Notes: generated by a model not told the origin, from the letters alone. A DNA stretch of 64,000 bases from an uncultured virus (IMG/VR IMGVR_UViG_3300020048_000049) (IMGVR_UViG_3300020048_000049); one strand, 5' to 3'; counted from the first letter of the stretch, positions 52,008 to 61,599 are shown. Program-made: numbers and translations.

Positions 52008-52937
52008 ATGAAAGATTTTTTCCCAATAGAAACTCCTTACGATTCAGAAGATTATAAATTAATGAAAAATGTAGTTAATAAAGGAATCGACTCAAACTTA
52101 GAAGGATTTACAAAAAGCGAATTCAAAAAAAGCCCACATTTTAACAATAAATTTCTTTGGAATATACATACTTCAGAACTTCCAATATTGTATAGAAGAC
52201 TTCAAGAATTATCAGACGAGACAGGAAATGACGATTATATCAGCTTACTTGACGATATTCAAAATGTAGCTGACACTTCAATGAATGCAATAGCAGGATA
52301 TGATAATGAAGAACTTGATGAAATGATTGACCCTTACGACCCAATGGATGCAAATCAAACAATTGATGGCTTTCCAACTGCAACAAGTGATTTGAATGCA
52401 GATGGTGTTGATACTGCTCCTGCATATCCAGAAGGTAATGGCGCATTTAAAAATCAGGCTATTGAGGATTATATTGACGATGATACAATTAGTCAAGAAA
52501 TGACTGCTGAAAATTCTTCTGACTCTCTTGCTAATTTACATGGAATGAATGCAAAGCCAGAAAATATGATTGACGAAACAACAGATACAGAAAGATATGA
52601 AGATGTTGTTTACATGCAAGGGGAAGAAGCAAATGAGGTTATGGATATTTTAAATAGCGATGGAAGAGATGCTGCAATGGAATATTTAAAACAATGGCAT
52701 GATAGCGGAAATCATATGGGAAGAAATGAACTAGGGCACGGAACAGAGGATAAAACTTATGAAAAAGATGGATACATCATGTTCTGGAATCCTTATTTGC
52801 CATATATCGGATTAACTTATGACACAGAGTTCGGCTTGAACGAAGATTCTATTATGAAAAGAAAGCTTGCTGGCCAAAGAGAAAAAACAGTCCAATTAGG
52901 ACAACATGCTCCACACTCGCAAAAAGCAAAAAAGTAA
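52008..52937 (+). CDS. Acidic putative virion protein
   Basis: ORF; TATTTAT 51980-51986. Confidence 0.6.
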   Translation: MKDFFPIETPYDSEDYKLMKNVVNKGIDSNLEGFTKSEFKKSPHFNNKFLWNIHTSELPILYRRLQELSDETGNDDYISLLDDIQNVADTSMNAIAGYDNEELDEMIDPYDPMDANQTIDGFPTATSDLNADGVDTAPAYPEGNGAFKNQAIEDYIDDDTISQEMTAENSSDSLANLHGMNAKPENMIDETTDTERYEDVVYMQGEEANEVMDILNSDGRDAAMEYLKQWHDSGNHMGRNELGHGTEDKTYEKDGYIMFWNPYLPYIGLTYDTEFGLNEDSIMKRKLAGQREKTVQLGQHAPHSQKAKK

Positions 52938-53329
52938 TGGAAAATAATTTTGAACTACCTCAAAATAAGCCTCTTATAAACGGTAAGTATAAAACAAAAG
53001 AGGCAATTAAAAATGCTCTATATAATCTTTTTGAAAAAGAAAAAATAGAGGGCAGATATTCTGACGATAATTGGTCTGGTATTGAAAAACTTGCTACCAC
53101 TTTAAAAAATAATGGAATAGATTATACCATGTTAGGCTCAGAATATCAAGGGCATGGCGCCATACCAGATTCAAATCTTCCAAATAGAAAAGTGTATATG
53201 TTTGAACTTAACGTGAGAGATAAGGAAGGAAAGTTTGTACCTCTTCAATTAAAAGTTACTGGGGCATTTGTTGGAAGAACTGGAACAATGGCCGATAAAG
53301 AATATGAAATCACATATTATTTTTTTTAA
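52937..53329 (+). CDS. Hypothetical protein
   Basis: ORF track. Confidence 0.6.
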   Translation: MENNFELPQNKPLINGKYKTKEAIKNALYNLFEKEKIEGRYSDDNWSGIEKLATTLKNNGIDYTMLGSEYQGHGAIPDSNLPNRKVYMFELNVRDKEGKFVPLQLKVTGAFVGRTGTMADKEYEITYYFF

Positions 53330-53400
53330 TAGAAAATTTTTGTATATTTTTGTGTTTTAGTGGAAAAAATTCTCCATTTTAATACTTTTTATACTTCTTA

Positions 53401-53670
53401 ATGGAAAAAATTCTCTTCGACACACCAATGTCATACCCAAACAAAAAAGGTAAGTGGTCACACCTTGTAGCCAGTGATTTAAAAACCCTGCATGCATTCG
53501 CAGGAAAACTTGGACTCCCAAGATATAAGTTTCAAAACAAAAAAAAGAATAACAAAAAACAACCACACTACGATATACAAGAACATCTTGTAGAAAAAGC
53601 GATTCAACTAGGAGCCATACAGGTTCAAAGAAAAGAGTTGCTTTTGTTTATAAAATCTATATATTATTGA
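53401..53670 (+). CDS. DUF4031-like protein
   Basis: WSHLVAS...LHAFA..LGL....FQ...PHYDI. Confidence 0.75.
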   Translation: MEKILFDTPMSYPNKKGKWSHLVASDLKTLHAFAGKLGLPRYKFQNKKKNNKKQPHYDIQEHLVEKAIQLGAIQVQRKELLLFIKSIYY

Positions 53671-53696
53671 AACTTTTATTATTTATTTTCGTAAAA
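53669..53696 (+). promoter_or_regulatory. ECF-sigma-like promoter
   Basis: GAAACTTTTATTATTTATTTTCGTAAAA. Confidence 0.55.
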
Positions 53697-53703
53697 TCAA
53701 TTA

Positions 53704-54387
53704 ATGAAAACAGAAGTCTATATCCTTCTCGGCCCAGCGGCTATCGGAAAAACAACCTATATTAAACAGGCTGGATTCCCAAAAGATAAATTAGCAATCA
53801 TATCAAGAGATGATATTGTTGCAGATATATCAAAAAAATATAACCTCTCATTTGATGACCTCTACCGATTCCCGCCACCTGATGCAGAAATCGGAACATA
53901 TACTCCAGGGTTTGAAAACTGCGGAAGAGTAATTGAATCACCTTTTGTTGTAAAACATTTACAGTCAAGAAGTTACGAATATTTAAATAGTGTAAATGCT
54001 GAAATTAATTATAGATTTTATAATGAGTTTCAAGCTGCAATTCGAAATAAAGACATTAACTTCGTTGTTGTCGATAGAGTACATTTGCGCTCTTATGAGA
54101 GAAATGTTTATTTTGATTATCTAAGTATTGACAGAAGTGGTTTTGTAGTTACTGCAGTACTTTTTAACTTTCAAGATAAAGATACGTTAGATTTAATTTC
54201 AGAAGCTTCAGCTCTTAGAACAAAGCAATTAGAAGAATCTGGAGAAAGAGTAAGAACAGTTTCAAGAGAAGTTCAGGAAAAAATGATTAAACATTATGAG
54301 CCGATTAAAGAATCTGATGGGTTTGATTCTGTAGTTCATGTTGATACTCTTCCTATGATAAGACAATTTTTGAATGAAAAAAAGTAG
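53704..54387 (+). CDS. P-loop kinase (AAA_33 / polynucleotide-kinase-like)
   Basis: GPAAIGKTT, ISRDD, VVVD..H....R. Confidence 0.75.
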   Translation: MKTEVYILLGPAAIGKTTYIKQAGFPKDKLAIISRDDIVADISKKYNLSFDDLYRFPPPDAEIGTYTPGFENCGRVIESPFVVKHLQSRSYEYLNSVNAEINYRFYNEFQAAIRNKDINFVVVDRVHLRSYERNVYFDYLSIDRSGFVVTAVLFNFQDKDTLDLISEASALRTKQLEESGERVRTVSREVQEKMIKHYEPIKESDGFDSVVHVDTLPMIRQFLNEKK

Positions 54388-54520
54388 ATGGTATAGAATT
54401 CTAAGAGTCAATTGGCTCCGACACTTTCGTTGGCTTGGCATACAATAGACAGATATTGATGTCTGGAGCCGAGAAAACGGATATTAGTAAAACTCCTTTT
54501 TGAGACTATTTATTCATAAG

Positions 54521-55621
54521 ATGGATAGCCTTAGAGCACATATCAGAAAAATACTTAAAGAAGCTCATTATACCACTTGGAAGAGTATAGATGAGGTTGG
54601 CCCTCTCCAGTTTGAAGAAGGAGTTAGAGACTTGTATCATACTCAAGATGCCATTGCTCAAAAACTTGCCAAACATTTTGATATAAAAAAAATTGCTCCA
54701 CTTGGAAGCGGAAGTCAAGGCTACGCTTATTACATTCCAAATAACCGTGTTCTTAAAATTACAACCGATAAGAGCGAGGTAGCCGAGGCTTATAAAATAA
54801 AAGGCAAAAAATTAAAACACCTGGCTAATGTTTATGAAGCTTTCACTCTTGGCGGCCAATATGAAGGAACTTACGTTATTATTTCTGAACTTTTAAATAA
54901 AGCAGAATCTATTGATGATGCTGACCTGCTGCTTTCTGACTATCTGGATAACGAATTTAGTTATAGCATTTCTTTTTTCTTTGAAGACTATAGCAATGGC
55001 TCTATAACAAAGGAAGAAATAAAAGAATACATTAAAGGAATAAATGAATTTTATAGGAAAGATTCTTATAATGCAAGACAGGCTATTTGGTATATGACTG
55101 AAAAGTTTGGCGTTATTGATGATATAAGAAGAAATGGAATTAAATCAACCGACTGGGGCCTAACTAATCTTGGGCTTAAAAAAGATGGCCACCTGGCCAT
55201 GTACGACCTTGGATATGGTGACCCAAATATACCTGACAACGTACAAAACATCAACTTAAAACAAGAAGATAGATTATCTAGAAACGATTATCCAAACTTC
55301 TTTGATTCTCAGTTTAATAAAGACTTAGCAAATACACCATTTCCTCCAGTTGCAAACGTAAATAACGCACCATTAAGAGAAGATATAATTGATAATGAAA
55401 ATTTAAATAAAAAAGATTTGCCACATAAATTCCCTGAATTATTTAAAGATTTTGTTAAAGAAAAAACAGATGTTGAAATTAAAGAAATTGCTCCAGCAAT
55501 CGACTTCAGTCAAGAGCCAGAATATTTAGTTAGGAGCCTAGAAGTAAATTATCCAGAACTATTCGATAACTTTGCAGACTGGCTATTCGATAGAAAAAAA
55601 AATCAAACTACATTTAAATAA
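54521..55621 (+). CDS. Protein-kinase-like enzyme with N-terminal tag
   Basis: LGSGSQGYAY, VLKIT...E, DW...N.G, YDLG; LRAHIRKILKE; TATTTAT 54507-54513. Confidence 0.75.
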   Translation: MDSLRAHIRKILKEAHYTTWKSIDEVGPLQFEEGVRDLYHTQDAIAQKLAKHFDIKKIAPLGSGSQGYAYYIPNNRVLKITTDKSEVAEAYKIKGKKLKHLANVYEAFTLGGQYEGTYVIISELLNKAESIDDADLLLSDYLDNEFSYSISFFFEDYSNGSITKEEIKEYIKGINEFYRKDSYNARQAIWYMTEKFGVIDDIRRNGIKSTDWGLTNLGLKKDGHLAMYDLGYGDPNIPDNVQNINLKQEDRLSRNDYPNFFDSQFNKDLANTPFPPVANVNNAPLREDIIDNENLNKKDLPHKFPELFKDFVKEKTDVEIKEIAPAIDFSQEPEYLVRSLEVNYPELFDNFADWLFDRKKNQTTFK

Positions 55622-55650
55622 AAAAAACCCTAGACATTCTAGGGTTTTTT
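55620..55650. terminator. Bidirectional terminator
   Basis: aaaaaaccctag-acatt-ctagggtttttt. Confidence 0.85.
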
Positions 55651-55658
55651 AATGTATT

Positions 55659-57158
55659 TTAGTAATCACCATCAGGACCGTCACTTGCACGCTCTTCCCA
55701 ATATTTGTCATTTAATTCTTCTTCCATTTCTTCTTTAAGTGCCTCGGGAAATAAAGAATTATCTTTTCCATAGTTTATTTGCTTGGACCAGCTTTTAGAT
55801 GCTTCATCCAATTTACTAACATAAACCTCATTTAATTTTATTTCAATTTGACCATCATCTCCGTCTGGAGGAGTCCATCTATCACCTGGGTCATAAGAAG
55901 GGTATTGAACTACATTTACATCGCAAATGTATGTTAATTCATAAGAATTTATTGTATTTCCATCTTCATCAACAGACTCAACCCCTAAGATACCTTCTGC
56001 ATCGTTACCATTAATCGAAAAGCTTTTTTCTTCACAATCATAAGCTCTTTCAACAAAAATATAATTCAAAGCCTTAATTATATCGTTTTTATCAATATTG
56101 CTATTCGCTATGTTTTGTAATCTCTCCTCTTCTGCTTTCTTTTTAGCCTCTTCTTTATCAGTTTTATCTTTAGCCCAATAAGCATCTCTTTCAGCTTTAT
56201 AAGCAGCATCTTGAGCTAATCTAACAGCCTTAGCTTGTTTTAACCCTTCTAACTCATCTGGATTAATCTTTTTGAAATTACTAATAGCGCCTGTGGACTC
56301 ATTACCAGTATCAATATTCTTAACCCTGATTGCTGTATAAAAACTTCTATAATCAATATGACTAGGTAACGATGCGCCATCATTATCAGCAGCATATTGA
56401 GCCGCCCCATTATCAGTCGCTGTAAATGGTTCACCAATTACTTTATAAAAATTACTACCATTCGTTACTGTATCACCTACACCAATACCCTCTTTAAGCA
56501 TTGTTTCATTGATAGCTTTTTTAATCATTTTTCTTACAAAACTTTCATCAATCTCCTTCTCCGCATTTTTAGAAATTTCTTTTCCATTTTTACGAGTTGA
56601 ACCATTAGCAAGCTTTTTAGCAAATGGACGCAAATGTTTGTTGTATTTTGACTTTGAAGCTTTTCCATCTTGACCATAAGTTTTCTTCATCTCTGAAATC
56701 AACTCTAATGCGCCCTCTGGACACCCTTCGGCATTCATTATTATCTTCTTAGCAGCCTCTAAGCTTGATGCCTTAGTCTTTAATTTCTTAACTCCATTAT
56801 CGTGCTTAACTTTGAATTTAAATTCTGTAACTTCAACACCTTCTCTTAGACCGTGAACAATTATCCACCATCCCAAACCATCTCCCTTAAGAGTTAAGTC
56901 TTTGCCTGCATATTTATTGAATATACTCAAGTGCTCTGAATCCCAATTAGCCTTACTTCTTAATGTATTGGCATTTATAAATGTTTCAACGCCATCGTTT
57001 TTTGAATACGGAATATCAAAATAATCTGATATTTGTCTATTTATATAGATTCTTTCAGGCTTTTTTTCATCGCCAGCAGCCGCAAATAATGACTCATTTA
57101 ATATGCCAGCAAGGAATTTATTCCTATCAGCTTCTTTTATTACTCTTTTGTTACCCAT
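55659..57158 (-). CDS. Multidomain tagged putative virion protein
   Basis: IKEADRNKFLAGILNE; internal IDESFVRKMIKKAINE. Confidence 0.6.
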   Translation of the reverse strand: MGNKRVIKEADRNKFLAGILNESLFAAAGDEKKPERIYINRQISDYFDIPYSKNDGVETFINANTLRSKANWDSEHLSIFNKYAGKDLTLKGDGLGWWIIVHGLREGVEVTEFKFKVKHDNGVKKLKTKASSLEAAKKIIMNAEGCPEGALELISEMKKTYGQDGKASKSKYNKHLRPFAKKLANGSTRKNGKEISKNAEKEIDESFVRKMIKKAINETMLKEGIGVGDTVTNGSNFYKVIGEPFTATDNGAAQYAADNDGASLPSHIDYRSFYTAIRVKNIDTGNESTGAISNFKKINPDELEGLKQAKAVRLAQDAAYKAERDAYWAKDKTDKEEAKKKAEEERLQNIANSNIDKNDIIKALNYIFVERAYDCEEKSFSINGNDAEGILGVESVDEDGNTINSYELTYICDVNVVQYPSYDPGDRWTPPDGDDGQIEIKLNEVYVSKLDEASKSWSKQINYGKDNSLFPEALKEEMEEELNDKYWEERASDGPDGDY

Positions 57159-57192
57159 CTCTATTAAGTATTTTATATAAATATTTAAAAAA

Positions 57193-57501
57193 TTAATCTA
57201 AACTACGAAACATATTAAAAAGTGGGTGCGGCTCTGTTTCTGGAATATGAGATGTCGGGTTAACATCTGTTATAGTAGACATATCAATTTCTCCAGAATT
57301 TTGGAATTGATTAATAGCATCTTCTTTATCTATGGCATTTATGAACCTCCAAGTACCTTTTTGATGAGAACCATACTCTGGAGTATCTGTATTTGTTTGA
57401 GCATACCATTTGCCATCTGGCAATCTTGAATCAGATTCTTTAATTATGCCAGCCAATAACTGGTTTCTCTTAGCTTCGCTTAATAATTTTTTATTATTCA
57501 T
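57193..57501 (-). CDS. Tagged putative virion protein
   Basis: LSEAKRNQLLAGIIKES. Confidence 0.6.
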   Translation of the reverse strand: MNNKKLLSEAKRNQLLAGIIKESDSRLPDGKWYAQTNTDTPEYGSHQKGTWRFINAIDKEDAINQFQNSGEIDMSTITDVNPTSHIPETEPHPLFNMFRSLD

Positions 57502-57674
57502 GATTTTATTTTTTAATAAATAGTCTTAAAATTAGCTTTTAAGATACGTAAATATCTTTAGAAATTTGAACCCAAAAATCCACTTCAGGTGGTGGCGAAG
57601 CCACCGCTATAAAATTTTTTGAAACTTTTTTGGAAATACCACTTCTATTTTCTATATTTAATCAAAATAAAAAA

Positions 57675-58622
57675 ATGAAATTAATAGACTACGAAAAAAC
57701 CTCAAGGGAAATTAAAAAAATGTCACTGGCAGATAAGCAAATGAAAATCCTTGAAATTAAAGAAAAAGGATTTAGGTACGCAAATAAAGAAATTGATGAA
57801 ATCATTAAAGATAAATGGGTATTCTTAAAAAGCGGTTCAGATACCGATATCGTTGAAATTGATTACATTATCCTAGAATGGACTGGAAAAGAAGAACAAA
57901 GAATAGAGAGAGAAGAAGCCAAAAGCGGCAAAACTATCATTGATAAGTATTTTAAAAAATACGGCACCCTAAGTCTAAAGGAAAAACAAAAAGACACCAC
58001 CCTACATTCTCAAATTGTTTATTTTGACGGAAAAGCAACTCCAGGAGGAATATGGAATACTGATTTATATATGTACCGCCTAGGCACTTATAAATCTTAT
58101 AAAGACCCCTATAGCGATGATGCTTATTATGTTAAGTTCTATGCCGATATGAAAATAGAGTGTTCTATGGACGCTAAAATGGACAAAAACGAACCCACGC
58201 TTCGTCATTGCCATGATTGGCATACAAGCCCACATAAGAAATGCGAAAATCATTATAAACATGAAAATTGGCTTGAAGATATTCAAATGGCCAAAAACTT
58301 ATTTATGGATGAGGTTAAAAAAATGGTTAAAGGTTTCGAATATTTTCAATATAACTCTAGGTCTGGAAAATATTGCGCCCCAGAACAATTCGTATTTTGG
58401 TTTGAAGAAGAAGCTGACCATAATGGAGATATAACCTCATTCTATAAAAGCGCCATCTATTCAAAAAATAAATATAAAGGCTCAGACTTTAGAAACAATA
58501 CATGCAAAGTTCCAGCCAAGTTCGATAAAACAATCAGTGCAGGAGAGTTAATGGAACTAGCCGCAAAATACTGCGAAGATAAATTGACCAAACATGAGTT
58601 TAGAAAAGAATTTAAATATTAA
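57675..58622 (+). CDS. Hypothetical protein
   Basis: ORF, ATG 57675. Confidence 0.65.
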   Translation: MKLIDYEKTSREIKKMSLADKQMKILEIKEKGFRYANKEIDEIIKDKWVFLKSGSDTDIVEIDYIILEWTGKEEQRIEREEAKSGKTIIDKYFKKYGTLSLKEKQKDTTLHSQIVYFDGKATPGGIWNTDLYMYRLGTYKSYKDPYSDDAYYVKFYADMKIECSMDAKMDKNEPTLRHCHDWHTSPHKKCENHYKHENWLEDIQMAKNLFMDEVKKMVKGFEYFQYNSRSGKYCAPEQFVFWFEEEADHNGDITSFYKSAIYSKNKYKGSDFRNNTCKVPAKFDKTISAGELMELAAKYCEDKLTKHEFRKEFKY

Positions 58623-58626
58623 TAAA

Positions 58627-59190
58627 ATGGATATTGAAAATGAATTAGCTAAAATGCTGCAGGAAGAAATAGGTAAAGCCCTGAAGGCAACACCTATTGG
58701 TTATGATAAAACAAATAAATCTTTCCACATTGGTGATGGTATCTTCGTTGAAAGGAAGGTTTGGAAGAAGTTTTTAAAAGAACAAAAGAAAAATCCAGAC
58801 TTAACAGCAAAAGAATTTCAACTAGCTGAATTTTCTAATGCGTATGAAGAATTCTTAAAACAAAAAGAAGAAGGCACTCTTGAGGTTGAAACCATAAAAT
58901 ATGTAGGCCCAAATAAAAAGCATGCCAGAGATATGAACTTCGGAGAAATCCTATACCTTCTAAAAGAAAAAGATTTTGAGCCAATTCGATTCAAGGTAGT
59001 AGATAAGACATTTGACTCATGGAAACAATTCTATGAAGAATATGCCAACGGAGAAGAAATACATGAACAGTGGATGGGAAACATGGACGAATTCACATTC
59101 ATATGGAAAGGACAGGAGAGATATCCATTTGCCTATGCCTTTCCAAAACAAGAAAATGAAGATGGATATCATTTTTATATTCAGCGATAA
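58627..59190 (+). CDS. Hypothetical protein
   Basis: ORF, probable start MDIEN. Confidence 0.6.
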   Translation: MDIENELAKMLQEEIGKALKATPIGYDKTNKSFHIGDGIFVERKVWKKFLKEQKKNPDLTAKEFQLAEFSNAYEEFLKQKEEGTLEVETIKYVGPNKKHARDMNFGEILYLLKEKDFEPIRFKVVDKTFDSWKQFYEEYANGEEIHEQWMGNMDEFTFIWKGQERYPFAYAFPKQENEDGYHFYIQR

Positions 59191-59654
59191 TGAAAGAATT
59201 AAACTTAGAAGAAATAAACGGGAATGAAATCATAGATTTCCTTAACAAGGCATCTATGAATAACAAAAGCTTGACTCATATAAGCATGAGTTCAAATTCA
59301 TTTGTATTTGAAAATCAAGAAATAGAAGATGATTCCTATAAGCTTTATTTCACAGCCTCATATAATAATTGGGGAACAGACCAGGAAATAAAAGAAAATC
59401 AAATAATAATCAATAAAAAAGGAATTGCTGTTTATGTTGGCGAACCATTCGAAGGAGATGGGACAGATGAGAAAATCGAAAATGTCCTAAATGAATGGCT
59501 TGAGACACATAAGTTTGATACAATGATAGAGGAAAGATTTTATGCCCTATTACATGATGCTTATGAACAACTACCTAACATTTCGTTTGAAAGCAAAAAA
59601 GAATTACAAAAAATTATAGATACACTTGTTAAAGCTCAAACATTCATAAAATGA
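59190..59654 (+). CDS. Hypothetical protein
   Basis: Coupled ORF. Confidence 0.6.
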   Translation: MKELNLEEINGNEIIDFLNKASMNNKSLTHISMSSNSFVFENQEIEDDSYKLYFTASYNNWGTDQEIKENQIIINKKGIAVYVGEPFEGDGTDEKIENVLNEWLETHKFDTMIEERFYALLHDAYEQLPNISFESKKELQKIIDTLVKAQTFIK

Positions 59655-59926
59655 ACAGAACAGAAAGACTTGTAGAAATTAAAAAGGCCCATCAACGATA
59701 CGCTGAATGGTGGCTTCCAATTGATGTGGCAGCTGGCTCTGTAATGGCACCAATGAGCTGCCATAGATTTTGCGAATCCCTGCTGACGTATTCTGATAAA
59801 GATTGGTTCGATAGATGGTTACCTGAGTTTGTAGAAATGACAGAAAAAAATCACATGAAAAGATGTGCGCTTGAATCAATCATAGGACATTATACACACA
59901 TAATAGATTTAAACGAAAATGACTAA
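59651..59926 (+). CDS. Hypothetical protein
   Basis: Coupled ORF. Confidence 0.6.
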   Translation: MNRTERLVEIKKAHQRYAEWWLPIDVAAGSVMAPMSCHRFCESLLTYSDKDWFDRWLPEFVEMTEKNHMKRCALESIIGHYTHIIDLNEND

Positions 59927-60131
59927 AGAAGAAATAACTGAAGCAGAACTTGAAAAAGCATATGAGAACTATGCTCAATCTCATTGGGCTCCGCCTGAAG
60001 CGCCTAATGGACCATTATTAGCTGGTCAGCTGTGGAGTGTAATCCCAATGGAACATTCACTTGAAAGCTTTTCAGAAGAATATAAAAAGAAAAAAAGATT
60101 ATACAAAAAATATAAGCCAAAATATGACTAA
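59919..60131 (+). CDS. Hypothetical protein
   Basis: Coupled ORF. Confidence 0.55.
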   Translation: MTKEEITEAELEKAYENYAQSHWAPPEAPNGPLLAGQLWSVIPMEHSLESFSEEYKKKKRLYKKYKPKYD

Positions 60132-60435
60132 GGAAGAAATAGCACAAATAGAGAAATACTTTACCTGCTATTCTACAGGTCCGTATTACAGCGCATTCTA
60201 TTATCCAAAATCTGAAGAGAGTAGGCAAGTATGTAGAAAATTATATCATAAGGAATGTGATAATTTTCACATAATTATATTCGATGATACACTGGAAGTT
60301 TACCAAGCAAATACCGACCATGAAATATTTGGAATCGAATTAGAGACCATGAATAAACTTAGAGAAAGATTCGAATCCTTTACTGGGGAGAAAATTTATG
60401 ATATACTAGAAAATAATTACTATAATAACAAATAA
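60124..60435 (+). CDS. Hypothetical protein
   Basis: Start MTKEEIAQ. Confidence 0.55.
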   Translation: MTKEEIAQIEKYFTCYSTGPYYSAFYYPKSEESRQVCRKLYHKECDNFHIIIFDDTLEVYQANTDHEIFGIELETMNKLRERFESFTGEKIYDILENNYYNNK

Positions 60436-60438
60436 ACC

Positions 60439-60639
60439 ATGAGCCTTTTTAACCCTTTCCCGCACACAATTTCTGCCTGGGTAGAAATTCAAAAATTAAA
60501 AAAACAATTCCCAAATGACCAAGAGTTTGGACGAGAAGTAAGAAAATATTTAGATTATGTTTGTGACCCAAAAAATCAGTATTCAGCAGTTCAACTAGAT
60601 GGACCTAAATCAGAACCTGGACTACATGGAGGATGCTAA
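60439..60639 (+). CDS. Hypothetical protein with PNDQEFG..VR motif
   Basis: ORF track. Confidence 0.55.
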   Translation: MSLFNPFPHTISAWVEIQKLKKQFPNDQEFGREVRKYLDYVCDPKNQYSAVQLDGPKSEPGLHGGC

Positions 60640-60785
60640 TAAATATAACCTATTTGATATAATAGGCTCTATCATTGCAATTATTATACTCGTAATTTCA
60701 TTATGCTCACTTAGCAGTGATAAAAAACCAGTAAAATATTACCCAGACCCATACGAAGATATAGATGCATACAAATAAAAAATAG

Positions 60786-61130
60786 ATGAAAGATAAATTA
60801 CTAATTTGGAACCAAGAATATGATGTCGTAAATTTTACGTGCATCATAAATAGAGACGACCTGAACGCATACATCATGAGCTGGGTTGCTGGTTTCTTAG
60901 ACCAAGCAAACAATAGAGAAAATAGATATCCTGAACTTGGAACATTCCCAGTATATAAATATCTTGAATACAAGATACAACCAGATGGAAGTGTAAATGT
61001 TAAATTTGAACACGATGGATATACAGTAGGAGAAAGAATATATCCGCCTGAAGAGTATTGGGGAGGATTCAACTTCTTAGACCTTAATGACCAAATAAAT
61101 TGGGATGAAAAAATGACCTGGAAACCTTAA
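60786..61130 (+). CDS. Hypothetical protein
   Basis: ORF track. Confidence 0.55.
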   Translation: MKDKLLIWNQEYDVVNFTCIINRDDLNAYIMSWVAGFLDQANNRENRYPELGTFPVYKYLEYKIQPDGSVNVKFEHDGYTVGERIYPPEEYWGGFNFLDLNDQINWDEKMTWKP

Positions 61131-61146
61131 ATTATGGCAGATAAAA

Positions 61147-61599
61147 TTAAACTCTATGCAAATTGAAATGCTTCTCAACATCCTTTTTCTTCAATAGATA
61201 AATCTTTGTATTGCTTCCCTTGTCTCCGCCAATGGTCTCGTAAGGCTTTGTGTCCAATATAAGTTGTCTTAAATCAGAAACCTTAATGTTCCAAATTTCT
61301 CCTAGATTAGGAAAGAAATAAGTAAAATAATCCGCCTGCGTTACACTGATGCCAGAAGCTTTCCCTCGACTTTCATATTCAATTGCCATATTGCCAGTAT
61401 CTCTAGCATAAGTATCTGTCTTTATCTCATAAGTGTACTACTTGCCCTTATAAGCCATCTTCAAATCATAAGCGCTATTCTTACATTCACCAAGGAAAGT
61501 GAACTCTAGACCCTCTAAGAATGCTCTTATATAGGCTTCGCCTTGCTCCCCTGTTTTAATATCCTGTTTAAAGTCCATTTGACCAGTTTTAAATCCCAT
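61147..61599 (-). pseudogene. PD-(D/E)xK-like nuclease gene with an in-frame TAG
   Basis: G..GE...YDL...YKGK*YTYEIKTD..TGN.AIE..SRGK.SGI; TAG at 61438-61440; TTTG-N19-TATATTTG promoter (minus) 61603-61633. Confidence 0.65.

Noticed and set aside
54388..54500. tRNA gene
   Set aside because: No T-loop GTTC consensus or cloverleaf; I recognised no tRNA anywhere in the window.
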